In this document: positions 23,118 to 48,789 of the stretch, in pieces
Layout: the number at the start of each line of letters is the position of its first letter
Numbering within the stretch: the first letter of the stretch is position 1
Source: Callorhinchus milii
Taxonomy: Eukaryota
DNA: 64,000 nucleotides
NCBI RefSeq assembly: GCF_018977255.1
Contig: NW_024704743.1
Coordinates: 25,484,001-25,548,000 of the forward strand
Reading direction: 5' to 3'
The notes under the pieces: generated by a model
What the model was told of the DNA's origin: nothing
What the model saw: only the letters and a program-made list of their open reading frames with translations
Databases searched by the model: none
Program-made: the position numbers and the translations under genes

Positions 23118-26100
23118 AACACTGCATTTTTGGTTGTTGATGACTTTATATACAGTGGACCCTCTCTATATGGTGTCTTTGGGTGCTTTGTAAATGTATC
23201 ATAGTGAGGCCTGGATAGTCACTAAACTTCCAATTCTCCAGTGTTCACCTTTTAAAAGTATACCTGGCCAAACCTGGTATAAAAACTCCCTCTGGACTAT
23301 ACTTACTGAATTCTAAAATTATGCCTTTGAGTTGGCGTCTGAGGGAGAGGTGTAGGAAGAATACAACTCCATTAATTCATTAATCAAGTAAAAAAAAAAC
23401 TGCCATCAATCAAATGGCTGTCAGATGATTTTTTTAACTTGGAGTATTGGGTCTACAATGCTGGAGGAGTGGCTTAATTAACAGCAAGTTCTACAGAAAC
23501 AACTCCAGTGTATGTACTAGTGCTTTTTATGGCTTCTGTATTAATTAGGGTGCGGCAGTGTTATGAGGGGCTACTGTATATATGTATATACTAGGGTCTA
23601 ATGTGTGGCATTAACCAAATTCCTTTAATAAATAATCCAAGCTGGAAATCCAAGTCCTTCCAGTTAGATGCCACTGACTCACAGGAACTCTGCTCTGACC
23701 CAATTTACTACGAGAGTGGAGTTCCCATTCTAAACGGGTCCCCTATTGTTAATACTGCAAATTGGATCCCACTGTGATTTTTTCTTGCACCTGCCTGTGT
23801 GTCTTCTGGCTTTGTGAGAGCAAATGTACTTAAATACAGTACTTGATAAAAACAAATGCCATGTTTTTGAACACTGATCGCATGAGTGAATGAGGAATGA
23901 TTTTTATGTCTGAGCACTTGTACAGAACTTCAGGTTGACATTCATAGGCAAACATATTTCAGAGATGCAGTGGCTGTGGGTGCAAATTTTTAAATATAAT
24001 TATAATAGCTAAATTGGAGAGCTAGAAGGTTTGATATCAGAAAATTGTTTTTGTGCAATGGTTACCTTTTTGAAGCAAAGTGTTGGCTCCGTAGAAAGAA
24101 AATGGTGATAATAAAGCATGGATGTAAAGGCTTGACTGGCTCCAGAGTGATGTAATCGTTTAAGTCTTATTTTTTCTCTCAGAAAATGTTTGGATTGTTC
24201 AAATTCCTGGTTTACCTTCTAGTGCCACTAAGTAAACCAAGTGGTTATTTTCAGCTGTAGGTCCAGAGAGAAACTGTACAGACAATGTAATAGAATAGCC
24301 CAATCTCATCCAGCATCTACCTAAATGCCACGAATGAGGGAGGATGGGGAAGAGAGACTCCATGGTGATCTGAAGCAGGAATCCTGACTAGAGGTTTAAG
24401 CAATAATCTAGTTATGTGCTGAGAAATAGCTAAAACACAGCACTCATTTTGGTAGTAGAATTGCAATCGTGGTTATTGTACCACCACAGAGATGACTTTA
24501 TAACACTTTCTTGCAGTGATGAGACCCAATGCATTAGGTAAGACAGAGCCATCTAGTGGATCATTTACTCTCTTATCTCGGCCTGTTTATTCTGTTTATT
24601 ATGGCATATATGCATCACTATCAAAGTGCAGGGGATAGGATATCTTTCACATTTACGCTTCCTGTTTATAATTGCAGGATTGTTGCACATTACAACAATC
24701 TATTCCTTTAGGGATAAGAAACAAACATTCCAGCTTCTAAGTAAACACTGATGGAGGAAATTGTTAGGGTCAGGAGGTGAAATGCTTTCAATGTCAAGTA
24801 GTCAGTTCTGTACAACACAGACTCTTTAAATGCCTGTTGCCCATTACTGTATCCTTTAAAAAGCTGCTAAACCTTAGAGGGTAGATCCGCTGTGTTGGTG
24901 TTGGTCATAAAACACAGCTAAATGCAGGATTGTGAAGAAGCCATAAGATTCTCTTCACCCATTTCCCATTAATACTCTAATATTTATGGTATTGAGCTCA
25001 CTCATTGGTCTGAAACGTGCATCAGCTTTTTAAAAAAGTATTCTGAAAATTTTAAATTCTTAAATATGTTTGAGATGTAAAATGTCATCTAGTAATGTGC
25101 GTTTAACGTATTGTTTATAATATAAATCAAGAAGCAAAGCAATTATAGAATACACAACCTCCAACTCGATACAACTTGCATTTATATAGCAGCCTTCATG
25201 TGGGAAAATGCTTGGGAGTACTGTAGGGACATGGTTAAACCCTAAGAAGGGGAGGCGACTACAGGCATCATCAAAGATGTAGGTCTTCAGGTGGGACTTA
25301 AAGAGGCGAGTAGGGATTGTGGCAGGGCATTTTAGAGAATAAGAGCTGAAGGCACAGCCGTTACTGGTGGCTGGAGGAATTGGGAGAATCACAGCAGGTC
25401 TATAACAACCACGTGACCTTAAACTGATTGTATTAGATATTAAAATGTAAACAGTCGATCATAGCTAAAACTTTACTAGGTAGTACAGGCAAATTTTAGA
25501 CAGAAACTGCTTTTTAAAAAAAGTTACAAACATTCAGCTCTGGGGGACCAAAATGGCAAAATTTGACTTTTAGGGTTGACTTTTTCATTCAGGTCAGCTC
25601 CAAATTGGAGATGGGCTGAGCAGGTTGGCGGGTTGAGGCTGAACTTCACATGTCACCCAATCTTCAGGTCACCAGTGTGCCTGTCTCATTGGTGGAGAAA
25701 AGCAGCCTTCAATCCTGGATAATTAATCTAAAACCTTCAATCCAGCAACTTTTTTTAAAAAATGTCACTGAATTCTGCTGGATATTAAAAATAAAGAGTT
25801 GTAAGTAAAAGACTGCAATAATTTTAATAATAAATAGTATAATCACTAAGAATTTTAAACAATGATTTTCAGAAATCTATGACTATCAAATGCAGTCAAA
25901 ATTATTTTCCAAAATTATTTTTATTTTGTTAAAATGCAAATTTATATTTATACTTTACAACAGAGGGATGTAAAAAAAACCACAATGTCAGTGTAAACTG
26001 CAGAAAATATTGAAAGAAAAATAGTGATCAGAATAGTTCCAGTGAAAGAGTTTGCAATAGACTCAATCAATGGACTGAATGGTTCCTCTTGTGGAATAAT

Positions 26101-27188
26101 CTTATTTCTTGAAAGCTGGGAGGAACTTTAGGGGCAGCTAAATCTGCTCAATCTCAAATGCACAAGAACACTAAAAGGGTAGTAGTTCATGTATTGAAAG
26201 AAAATATTTTAAATTCAAATTGGTTTCAGTATCCTCTTCTAAAGTTCAAGGTGAATTGCTGAAACTTTAGTGATATAGTACAATAATCACCCACTAAGCG
26301 AACAGATAATCTGAACAAATCTTCCCATTATTAATTTCCATTTATACATAATTCAATTACCATTACCAAACAGTTTTGGCTGAATGTTTCAACCTATGCA
26401 ACCATCAAAACAAATTCCCTTTTTTATGTTAAAGAGTCCTCAACCCCCAACAGGTCAAATTCAAGATCCTTGTCCTCGCGTTCAAACCGCTTTATGGCTT
26501 CGCCTCTACAACTCTACAGGCCCAACGCTCCATCTGCTCAGCAAACATGACTGCTTCATGTCCCCTGCTCGATCTGCACCACTCTCTGGAACTCCATCCT
26601 GAAGTCCTTCCACAAAACACCCTCCATCCTACCTTTAAAGCCCACCTTAAGATCTATCTTTTTGTCACCCTTGTCAGCACTCCTCCCCAGCTTGGGCTTC
26701 AAGGCAACTGTGAAGCTCTTTGAAATGCCCTTCCAAAGTAAAAGGCTATATATATACAGTATTGTTTTCACATTTCTCATGTCTGTTGAGTTATATTACT
26801 GCAACTTGCATTTATAGAGTACCCTTTATGCATCTTGGAGAACTTGTTTATTACCAACAAGGAATTGATTCCAGCTTGGTAAATATTATGTATAATGATA
26901 AAGAACATCCTACACAAAGAAAAGATTGTAAAAAATAAATGTTACAGAAAGGAATGAAGCACCCTGCTTCTACAAGTGAGAAGAAATCTTTAACCAAAAC
27001 CATGATGAGGATCCAGTGAGTTCTAAAAAGCAGAATAAAACAAGTTTTCAGTTCAATAAGTTAAACTGCTACAGTTTATAAACAAATTGCATCTGATCAC
27101 ATTAGAATTACGATCCAGAGTTCACTGAGAGATTGTCAACCATCAGTGAGGCGAACAACAGCCATATCCTGAGCAGAGATTGTGGTTT

Positions 27189-27356
27189 TTATTCAGACTT
27201 TGATTTTAGTTGCAGTTCCTTTTTCTTGTAGTTTGAAATCAATGCAAAGAGAATAACACAATTAATTGAAAGAAACAGCAGCCCAGCGAACCAGATGAGC
27301 AGGAATGTGTTCATCCCTTCAAACTCCAGGTAATATGCAGGAGCGAGCCACAATCC
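27189..27356 (-). CDS. PIGM: PIGM last coding exon
   Basis: ctccag|GGA ([18 protein letters not shown]...LKSKSE*). Confidence 0.94.
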   Translation of the reverse strand, partial: GLWLAPAYYLEFEGMNTFLLIWFAGLLFLSINCVILFALISNYKKKELQLKSKSE

Positions 27357-30300
27357 CTGGAGTGAGAAAACAAAGTCATTTAAAAGGCTCAAAATTCAAG
27401 TAATACATCAAAGCACCAATTCTTTCAACAAAAGTAACTAAGCTACTTTTTAAAGTTATTCTTGCTCATTTTTCATCTATTTAGTGCTCACACATCATCT
27501 GTATCCTGGAGGTGAGTTGATCATCTCTGAAGCATAGCTTGGAGGGGCTATTAGCCACTCATGGCAGGGTTTTCTGCAAACCAAAGCCCTTTTGGGTAGT
27601 GTGTTCCTAGCTAGACAAGCCGCAGGAATCATGCCAGAATGCTCTCCATAGCAAGCTAAGTGGTTTTAGGTGGTGAATCTCCAGCAACAGGTTAACCACT
27701 ATGCTAAGGTGCTGGTCTTGAATTGTATCCTGTGATGGGAAGCCAGTGGAGTTGGGCAAGGATGGAGGTGATGGAGTCGCGGAGCCTGGTGCGGGAGAGG
27801 ACACGGGCTGCAGAGTTCTGGATGATCTGCAGCCTGTGAAGGGAGGAGTTGGGGAGGCCGAAAAGCAGTGAGTTTGCATAGTCGAGCCTCGGTGTAATGA
27901 AGGCGTGTATGACGGTTTCGCCGGCCTGCGGTGTGAGACAGTGTCGGAGCCGGCTATTTGGGGACAAATACATGCCGCTTCATTTTACAACAATTACTTT
28001 GGAAACACTTTGAGATGTTTCAGCATTTATAGGTCCCATATCAAATGCAAGGATTATTTATTTGTATAAATTAACGAAGAACTCTACATATGGTCAACTA
28101 CCTATAAAGAAACACTATTAATAGAGTATAACTAAAATAAGACTAATTTCTAGGCACATATACATTGTCATGGAATTAGAAATTATCAGATGGATGTAAC
28201 CAAATATTTAACAAACATCATGATGCAACAACATTTAAGGCGGAGTTATACTAAAGTTGAAGATATATCACACTAACCTGGCCAATGAACCACAAAGCGA
28301 GCAGTCCCAGACCTCTTTTCCACGACAGCGTCAAATAGGGAATTACCAGTGGGAGCAGACACAGATACCAGAGGAAGTACTAGAATTAGACAAACACCAA
28401 TTCAATGCTTCCTAAAACTCATCTTTCATTTTGATTCCTAGACATTTGAAACGATGTCTCTTGAAAGCTAACATTCTCCTGCATATTCTGCATATGGACC
28501 AAACGTTCACAGTGCAAATATCTTGTAGGGTAGGTGTGTTTGAGCAATGGACAGGTTGTGGGCGGAGGATTAAAGAAATCACGAGAGGATGCAGCAAAGT
28601 GTGGAAAAGAACCCCGTTGTAGTTAATGTCTGAATTCATTTACAAATGGTTTGATGTACTTCTACACGTCATTTTAAGAAATCTTTTACAGGCTGCAATG
28701 TACAGTCATGATCAAGGTAAAATCCAACTTGAAAAAACAAATGATTTTTATTTTGGAAGTAAGTTCAAACTTGTAAAAGTCTACTGCTTTGAACCTGTGT
28801 TGTAATTTGTCTCGAGACACCTCATACAGTTTTAAACTTTCAGATTAAATCATTTAAAATATATCCAGCAGTTCTCACAGACTCCCTGCCAGCAATCCCA
28901 TTTAGAAATTGTGTGACCTATTCAACTGAACACTCGCTAGGTTTTATGCTAATTTTATGGCAGTGCAGAGATCCATTTTTCATGTGCGCTGGAAACTTGT
29001 GACCTGCACTAAAACAAGGAAGGCAAAAAATGCTCACACCATCCGTATCACAAGATACTGACAAAATAGATTCACATTAACACCCATTATCGATCACGTG
29101 CTCATAGTCCTATTTCTGAACTAGCTTTCTTGGTACCTATGATGCAGTGCTACCTTCAGTTATGCAATGGTGCAGACACAATGTGACACCAACTGTGATG
29201 TACTCAGTGGGTGAAACACAGGTGTTTAATGGGATAATGGCTTAAGGAAAATAAAATTCAGAGCTAAGAGAGTATCGCCATAACCGGCTGACCAAAGCAT
29301 TCCATGAGCCATGCAGTCCAATGCATGAAGGAGTTTCGTGCACATCCTTTGTGAACAGTGTTGAGGTCTATCTCCAGCACACACACAGGTTGCTCTATTT
29401 CACTGGATGTGTTAATTAGCACATCGATGTTAGCCATCACACACTGAAATTTTCAACACAAATAATGTACTGGATTAGAAAGATAATAATAATATCATCT
29501 GTCTGGCCTCAAAAGCTTTAAAAAAAGGTATCATACACCACCCTTCAAGTAAAATTCTTCACTAAATAAGCTATCTAATTCCCTCTTCAATAGGAACTCC
29601 TCTCTGAGCTTCAGTAAACTTTCCCAATAAATCAGGTGCCTACTTCCCACTCCCCTGGAGCAAGAACTTAATTCCCCAAAAATCAGAACCATGATTTTAA
29701 ATACTGCTGTGCTGCTTTAAAATGGAAATATCCCCACATCAGGATATTATAGGCAAGTTGCTGTCAGCAAAAGCACCTCCCTCACAACTAAACAAGAGTT
29801 TTCTGCAGGAAAACCTTTATGTCAACAACTTGTATATTTATATAAAGCCCTTAGATTAGGTCAACATTTTAGATTGCTGGACAAAGACAGGTTTGGATTG
29901 GGGTATTTTAGATAAGTTAGAGCTTAGGGATAGTGGAACTAGAGAGATCAGCAAGGGGTGCATTAGAAAAGTCTAAGTGGAACATAATAAATGTATGAAG
30001 AATAACAACTTTCATTTATATAGCGCCCCTTACGCAGAGTGGCGTCCCAGAGCGCTTGATAGCGGCGGAGCACAACGCCAAGCCGGAGGGAGGTGACCTA
30101 AGGCACGGTCAAAGAGGAAGGTCTTCCGGCACAATCTGAAAATGGGTAAGAAAGGGCAAGGCGGAGGGATAGAGGAAGAGTGGTACAGAGTTTCTGGGTG
30201 TAGTGGCTGCGGCCACCGATGGTGGAACAGAGGGCACAAGGGTCATGCAGGAGGCTGGAGCCAGTCGAGCAGAAGCAGTGGATACTGGGTTGCGGAAAAA

Positions 30301-33300
30301 GCAGGTCGGAGAGGTAGGGATGTGCCAGGGCTTGAGGCATTTGAAAATGAGTGTGAAATCTTGAAATCGATCCGTTCAGCGATAGGGAGCCTGTGGAGCC
30401 TGGATAGAACTGGTGTGATGGGGTTGCAGAGTTTAGTAGAATAAGGGTTTCAGCAGCATTTGGTGTGAGATAGGAGTGGAGATGGGCAATATCACGCCAA
30501 TTGTGGGTTTCCTTGGGAAAAACACAGTTTCTGTCACATGGAGACAAAGTGCCTCCAGGAATGTTTTAACTTTTCTCACCTGTGAGGTGCACACTTTGTT
30601 GAAGCTGACAAAAACGGCAGTGTGAAGGAAGCAGCAGAAAGTCAGATCCTTGTAATATGCAAGTGAGATGATGAGGAGCAGTAGTAGTTGTGGGAGAAAA
30701 GCTGCAAGTCCCAAAGCCAAACTCCAATCACTCTCTGCATTCAGGTAAAGCATGTAAAAATAAGGGGAAAAATTGTGGCGAATGTCTCTTCGTGTCAAAT
30801 GATAAAGGTACGTGTGCTCCAGAAATTCCCAGCCATACCTGGAAAAAAATACACTCATGTGTAAAAATAAATCATTTCACAATCAGCTCAGTGTAAGCTG
30901 CAAGCACTTTCTCTCTCGCTCTCACACTTCATAAAGTCATCACCACTTGAAAATGCCGTTGTGAAACTGTGACACATTCCTGGCCGACTAGCCTTATTGG
31001 TACAATAACTGCTTTGTTTTGCATTAATCTCTTGCATTGGCAAACACAATTCCCTCCTCCCAATTGGAGCTGCCATACACACTTGAGCTTTGTAGGTGTC
31101 ACCAACACTGATCAATGCATTTTCATTCCAACGGATGTTTGAATCATCTTACCTATGGTAGAATAGTGCTCCTAGAGTAACGAATACCAGTCCAGCAATG
31201 CTAACAAACAGCAGCACCTCACCACTGGGAAGTCTCAAAAATAGATTCAGAAAACTTCTTACATGTCTGTGACCAGGTTGGTCTTTTTGAAGTTTACTTT
31301 TATTCCTGATAGAGGAGGTACTGACCTCAGTTGTGGGCAAGTTTCCCTGGAGTGATAAAACTATGGGAAGCACATAAGTCACTGGGTAAATTTTCATATG
31401 TACAGAAAGCCCGTAAAACATTGCAGCCTTCACAATCTGCCTGGTTTCTAAGTAGTACAAGGTGGCAAGGACCAGCACCGCCAGGATAGCCTCTGCATTC
31501 CCTCTGCTGGAGACAGTCATCGGCAAGGGGTTGAGAAGCCACAGGCTACAGTACCAGCATGCTGCAGTGCTGCCCAATCCTCGGAGATTTAGGATTCTAT
31601 ACATCAGATAAGCTGCAAGGACATCACAAATAATGAAGAGGAATTTCCCATATATCTCCGAGAGATAGACATTGGGTGTCAGGATCCAGGCCAGCAGTGG
31701 TGTGTAGCGGTAGGTTGCTCTCTTGTATGGGGAGGCCCTCTGAAAGTAAAATGCAGCAACATTAGAAAGACAGACTAGGTACTGAATGACCATGGATCAA
31801 CATCATATTTAATAAACGTTACACTGATAAAGAAGGTTGGGTCTGTTATTGTAATACAAATAGTGTGTGTTATTTTAACAACAATAATGCTTGCAATTGA
31901 TACAGTGCCTTATGTTGAAACATCTCAAAGTACTTCACCCTCCCCAGTCTCGACTCCAGCTCGCGTCCGAAACACTGATCATCCAGCGCCTTGGGACCTC
32001 CTCCCGATGTGAAATTATACAGGCAAATGTGACTCCTAATGTCCCACAAAGAATAAAGGAGTAAAAAACCAATTAATCTGTTCTATGATTATATAAGGAA
32101 TATTGACCAGAACATTGGGAGAACTCCCTGCTTTTCTTTGAAATAATATCATAGGATAATAATGTCACACGATCTTCTAACTCAGAGGCGGGAGTGCTAC
32201 CAATTGTGCCAGACTGACCAAGATTTACTATAATGTATAGACTGCATTTGGAGGCAAATTGTGCACAGTAATATCCCACAAACAGTCATGAAGTGAATGA
32301 ACAGTTTTATCTGCAAGATTGTTGGCCATGACACTAAGAGAAACTCCCTTGTTTTTTTCAAATAGTGCCATGGGATCTTTAATGTCTACATGTCAGTTTA
32401 GTTTGGATACTCTTAAGCATGGTGATGGGTTTCGCATGGGTCAGATACCTGGTTTAGATTCCTGGTAGCGAGAAACCTTGGGCAAGTTTCCTTACTCCAC
32501 ATGCCTGACAATAATCTCTCAAGAACAAAGATAATAATAATAATTTGGTCACTCAATCCACGACTGTTCGTGGGACACTGTGCACAATTGGCTGCCGCGT
32601 TTCACCCGCAAATATACTGTTAATTCACTTTACAGCATATTCTGTGAAGCGCTTTGAGACGTCTAGAAGACGTGAAAAGCACTATATCAAATGCAAAGAT
32701 CATTATTATTATTTTTATCTTGTTCTAGGGAAGAGAATTAGCCAGAATTTTGCATCCCTAGATTAATACAACTTGCAATTATATAGGAACTTTAATATAG
32801 GGTAGCATATCAATGTTATTCATTGTTTTACACAACCTTTTGAACAGTGTTTGGAAGATAGTTTTTGGGGTCAGCTGAGTGTCTGACACATGTAGAAACC
32901 CATTACCATGCTTAAGAGTATCCAAACCAAATTGAGAATTTGTATTCACTAATGGCTTCTCCTCCTGCCCTCGTACCGTCAGGTGTGGTATTCCGCAGGG
33001 CTCTGTTCTTGGTTCCCTTCTCTTTAATATCTAAAAATCCCTCACCGTGCTTAAAGGGTATCCAAATCAAACTGAGATTCCCATGCATCTCACCTACACA
33101 TGGAAATCCCAGAGATAGATTGTTGGAATGGATTGCGCACTGGATTCCCTGGAGGGAAACATCCCGTTTACATAATTCTGGAAAGCAGGTTGGCAAGAGG
33201 CAAGACTCCAGGAGCCCAGAGTATGCATTGGCGGTACTGTTGAGGAGTCTAACCCACTAAAACTGCATATTATTTTGGGAGATAGAACATTTCACTTGCA

Positions 33301-33694
33301 TAGAATGTGCATGTACTTATTTCTTTCGGACGAGGCCTGGACAGTCTGGCAAAGTACAAATCTAAATGCCCTCTTTGCAATAAATTGGGAGCGTCCGTGA
33401 ATCAATTGAGCTGAACGTTGCTTCGCTGGCAGGGAACTGTCCACCGAATTTATAATTCTGGTAACTTTGGTTAACTCGTACGATATTTTACAGTCTTGCA
33501 TTCGGCTGAAAGCAGCGAGGCGGGCCGTCTTGAATGTGCTGTACCTGGGTGATGTATCTGGCGGCATCAGTGAAGACGAGATAATCCACATCGGTGTACT
33601 TGACCGGCATGTGGCGGTCCTGGTAAAGCCCGTAAAAGACCAGGGCGACACGCGGGCAGAGGGCGGCTGTAAAGAGCCGCCACCCGGTCACCAT
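27189..33694 (-). CDS. PIGM: GPI mannosyltransferase 1 (PIG-M), 5 coding exons, 421 aa
   Basis: Join (minus) 33694-33545, 31739-31153, 30838-30580, 28379-28278, 27356-27189 = 1266 nt, open frame, all introns GT-AG. Motifs VKYTDVDY (DxD), [44 protein letters not shown] and NKVCTSQYFLWY are PIG-M hallmarks. Confidence 0.97.
28278..28379 (-). CDS. PIGM: PIGM coding exon 4
   Basis: ttctag|TAC ([34 protein letters not shown])|gttagt; not in the ORF track. Confidence 0.94.
30580..30838 (-). CDS. PIGM: PIGM coding exon 3
   Basis: ttccag|GTAT ([10 protein letters not shown]...NKVCTSQ)|gtgaga. Confidence 0.95.
31153..31739 (-). CDS. PIGM: PIGM coding exon 2
   Basis: tttcag|AGG ([12 protein letters not shown]...ALFYH) AG|gtaaga. 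Confidence 0.95.
32455..32712 (+). mobile_element. tRNA-derived SINE
   Basis: Same body and tail as the copy at 10122-10456. Confidence 0.8.
33545..33694 (-). CDS. PIGM: PIGM coding exon 1
   Basis: ATG GTG ACC... MVTGWRLF...[18 protein letters not shown]|gtacag. Confidence 0.92.
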
Positions 33695-34530
33695 TCCCTC
33701 CCAGTTGAACAACCCGCCCGGCAAAGGGGTCAGAGGCTAAAAACACGTTCGGAGCCCAAAGGCCACCAAACACTCGCCCCCGAAGTAGCCCAATACCACA
33801 CGTGCCGCCTCCTGTGGATAGCAGAGTGGCCCGAGTTAAGTTAAGTGGACGTTTTTAAACCGTGCGAGAAAAGGTCTTCGAAGCGGGAGGGGGAGGGGGA
33901 GGAGGAGGGGGAGGGAGAGGAGAGAGAGGGGAGGAAACACGGTTCCCAGACTTCAAACCGAAAAAGAGTCAATCAGAGGCAAACCGCCCCGAAGACTCTT
34001 GTTTCACGCACAGCGCACAAAAACCCGCCCCGTTTGGGCGTGAAACCCGCCCCGTTTGGGCGTGAAACCCGCCCCCACGTTGGGGGGGCCCACATTCGCC
34101 GATTTACATCCAACCGAAACGACAACAGAAAGCCGTCAGCCGCCCCTCCCCCCACACTCAAGACACAAGACGCCCGGTGCAGCCCCGCATCACCCACCGC
34201 CGACAAGTTATTTTCCTTCCATTTTTTTTTTGGCGGTGACGGTGGTGGTGGTGGGGGGGGGGGGGAAGGAAACCGTTTTCCTCGGAGAAGGCGCGAGAGC
34301 GAGAGGAAGCGGCGATGGGCGCCGGACCGGAAGTAGACGCCTTTCGGCCAACCGGAAGCGAGAGAGAGAGAGGGAGGGCGGGAGCGCGTGGGAGGAGGAG
34401 GGGGGGGGGTGAGGTTGCGCATGCGCAGGCGCGGCGGCTGGCAAAACGGTCGGTTGGCAGTTGGCGGTTTGGCAGTTGGCGGCGCGCGGAGCCTCTGCGT
34501 CCCTCCCTCTCGAGCCGCTGTTGTCAGGTG
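33695..34530. promoter_or_regulatory. CpG-island bidirectional promoter shared by PIGM (-) and PDCD6 (+)
   Basis: 836 bp between divergent ATGs; GC boxes at 34021-34075, ETS/GABP sites ACCGGAAGT (34326-34334) and ACCGGAAGC (34351-34359), NRF1 site TGCGCATGCGCA (34416-34427). Confidence 0.85.
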
Positions 34531-46740
<12,210 letters not shown>

Positions 46741-47727
46741 ATTTGTAACATTTTGACTAACAATCAATGACATTTCTGAAGTCATTTGCATTAAACATGA
46801 GTCTTATTGCTAACTTCCACAACCTTGGTTGAAACTTGCCAGCATAAACCTTGAGGCAAAAGCAAAATCTGCATGTAAATAGTTTAAAATGCACATATTA
46901 ATTGTAGAATGAAGAGAAACATTTACTGTATTGCTTATTTTTTAATATTTGTAATAGCTTGTTGACTGCATGCAGATGTGCCATATCACGTACCCTGTGC
47001 TGCTGTACTGTTTTGACAAGTATATTAGATGCACAGCCTCAATGATTGCAAAAAAAAAGCTTATTTTATGCATGGTGCCTTATTAAATCTAAACAAGAGA
47101 TGGATGATACTGTGACATTCAGTTGTTCAGTAAAGAATGAGTAATATGTCCACAAATGCCTAGGTTTGCCAAGTGATAACTTAAGTCTAAGTGTTTGTCC
47201 TATTTAACATTCCTTCATGTTCTAAATCAAGGTACAATTAAGTTACATAGATTTGTGTGGGAAAAATTGCAGTAAGCCAATAAGAAATGAACTGTCAAGC
47301 CAATATCAATGTGATGAAGCAATATACTTAGCAGTAGACATGGCTCTTAATCTTATTTCATATAAAAGTTAATGCTTTATGTAAAGTAGTGCCAATGGTT
47401 GTTTACTGTTACATTTATAATGGAAATCAATTGCAAATCTTTCAAATAAATCTTACTTTTCGGTATATTGTGTATTTTCAATGGCATTCTGTTTGTCTAA
47501 ATTTTTATTGTTTAGGTGTGGAACATTTTATTTCTAGGTCCTACATATTGGGTAATCCAGTTTGGAGTGAGATCAGTAAAGCCACTACTTACAAAAATGG
47601 CTTGGTACCTCGTCCAGTTCAGGCAGAAGCCGGCCCTCCTAAAACTACAGCTCTGCTCTTTGAGGCCCTACAATTCACTTCCTCAACAGACCATTCATGC
47701 AGTTGGTGGGATTGTAAAAGAGGCTAA

Positions 47728-48035
47728 ATAATAATGATGATAATCCTTGCCTTTAATATAGAGCCTCATCATGTCTTGAGACTTCTCAAAGTGCTTCACA
47801 GAATATACTGTATATTTTGTGGGCAGAACACAGCAGCCAATTGCGCACAGCAATCAATGTCCCACAAACAGTTGGGGATGGAGTGACCACATTTTTTTTN
47901 GAAGGGATTATTACCCCCGGAAAAGTGATCCGCCACTTAACTGACAACCGGGTTCCTACTTACTGCGAGGTAAACAGGCATATGGTGTAAGGAAACTTGC
48001 CCAATGTTTTGCCCAGCCCAGGAATCGAACGCATG
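47728..48035 (-). mobile_element. tRNA-derived SINE
   Basis: Same family as 16005-16292; contains the ambiguous base n at 47900. Confidence 0.8.
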
Positions 48036-48789
48036 CGAGACGACAACAACAACTTGGATTTATATAGCGCCCTCCACGCCAGACGGCGTCTCTGAGCGCT
48101 TTGAGCTACTGGACTACACAAGTAGATGAACACTTGCTCGTAAGGGTATTTGGGTGTGGAGAAATGGTATGCAAAAAATGGAATTGTTACAAATCAGGTA
48201 TGATCAAGAAAATGCAGAACAGGTTCAACAGCCTATTCCTGTTGCTGTTCCTATAAGTAAGTTATCTCTAGACCTGAACAAACCAATTACTTTGGAAGTT
48301 TATTGAAGCCCCACTTAATTATTACACAATCAATACTGAAGGATCTGGTTTCAGGTATATTTATTTTTTAATGCTGCAATTCTCTTTACACTGGAATTAT
48401 ACAAAGTAAAACTTTCCAATATTGGAAAACCTGGCATTTGATACATATGCCTGACAATATTTCTATGAAATTTATTTCTGCATTTAGTTATAGCACATTG
48501 ACAAGTAGTGTTGCAGGGAACAAAATACAAATTTTCTTTTAAATGAAAAGGTTTTAAAACTAACTGCAATTTCAGAAAATCTGATTTGGTCAAAATCAGT
48601 GACCATTTGTTTGTATACATATTACAAGTTCTACTAACTGATATTTTTGGACTATGTATAAGATCAAATGTAACTAACTTCAATCTAAAACTTCAGTAGA
48701 GATTTAACTAATTGCAATATGTGCAAATATAAGTTACTGGATATTTATAGACTCACTGTAATACTAGGTCCTAGAGAATGTAAGGATAA

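Noticed and set aside
33695..33724. ORF-track start of PIGM at 33724
   Set aside because: That codon is TTG; the first in-frame ATG is at 33694 in good context (GGAATGG).
47900..47900. Single ambiguous base n
   Set aside because: Assembly ambiguity at the end of a T homopolymer in a SINE; not biological.
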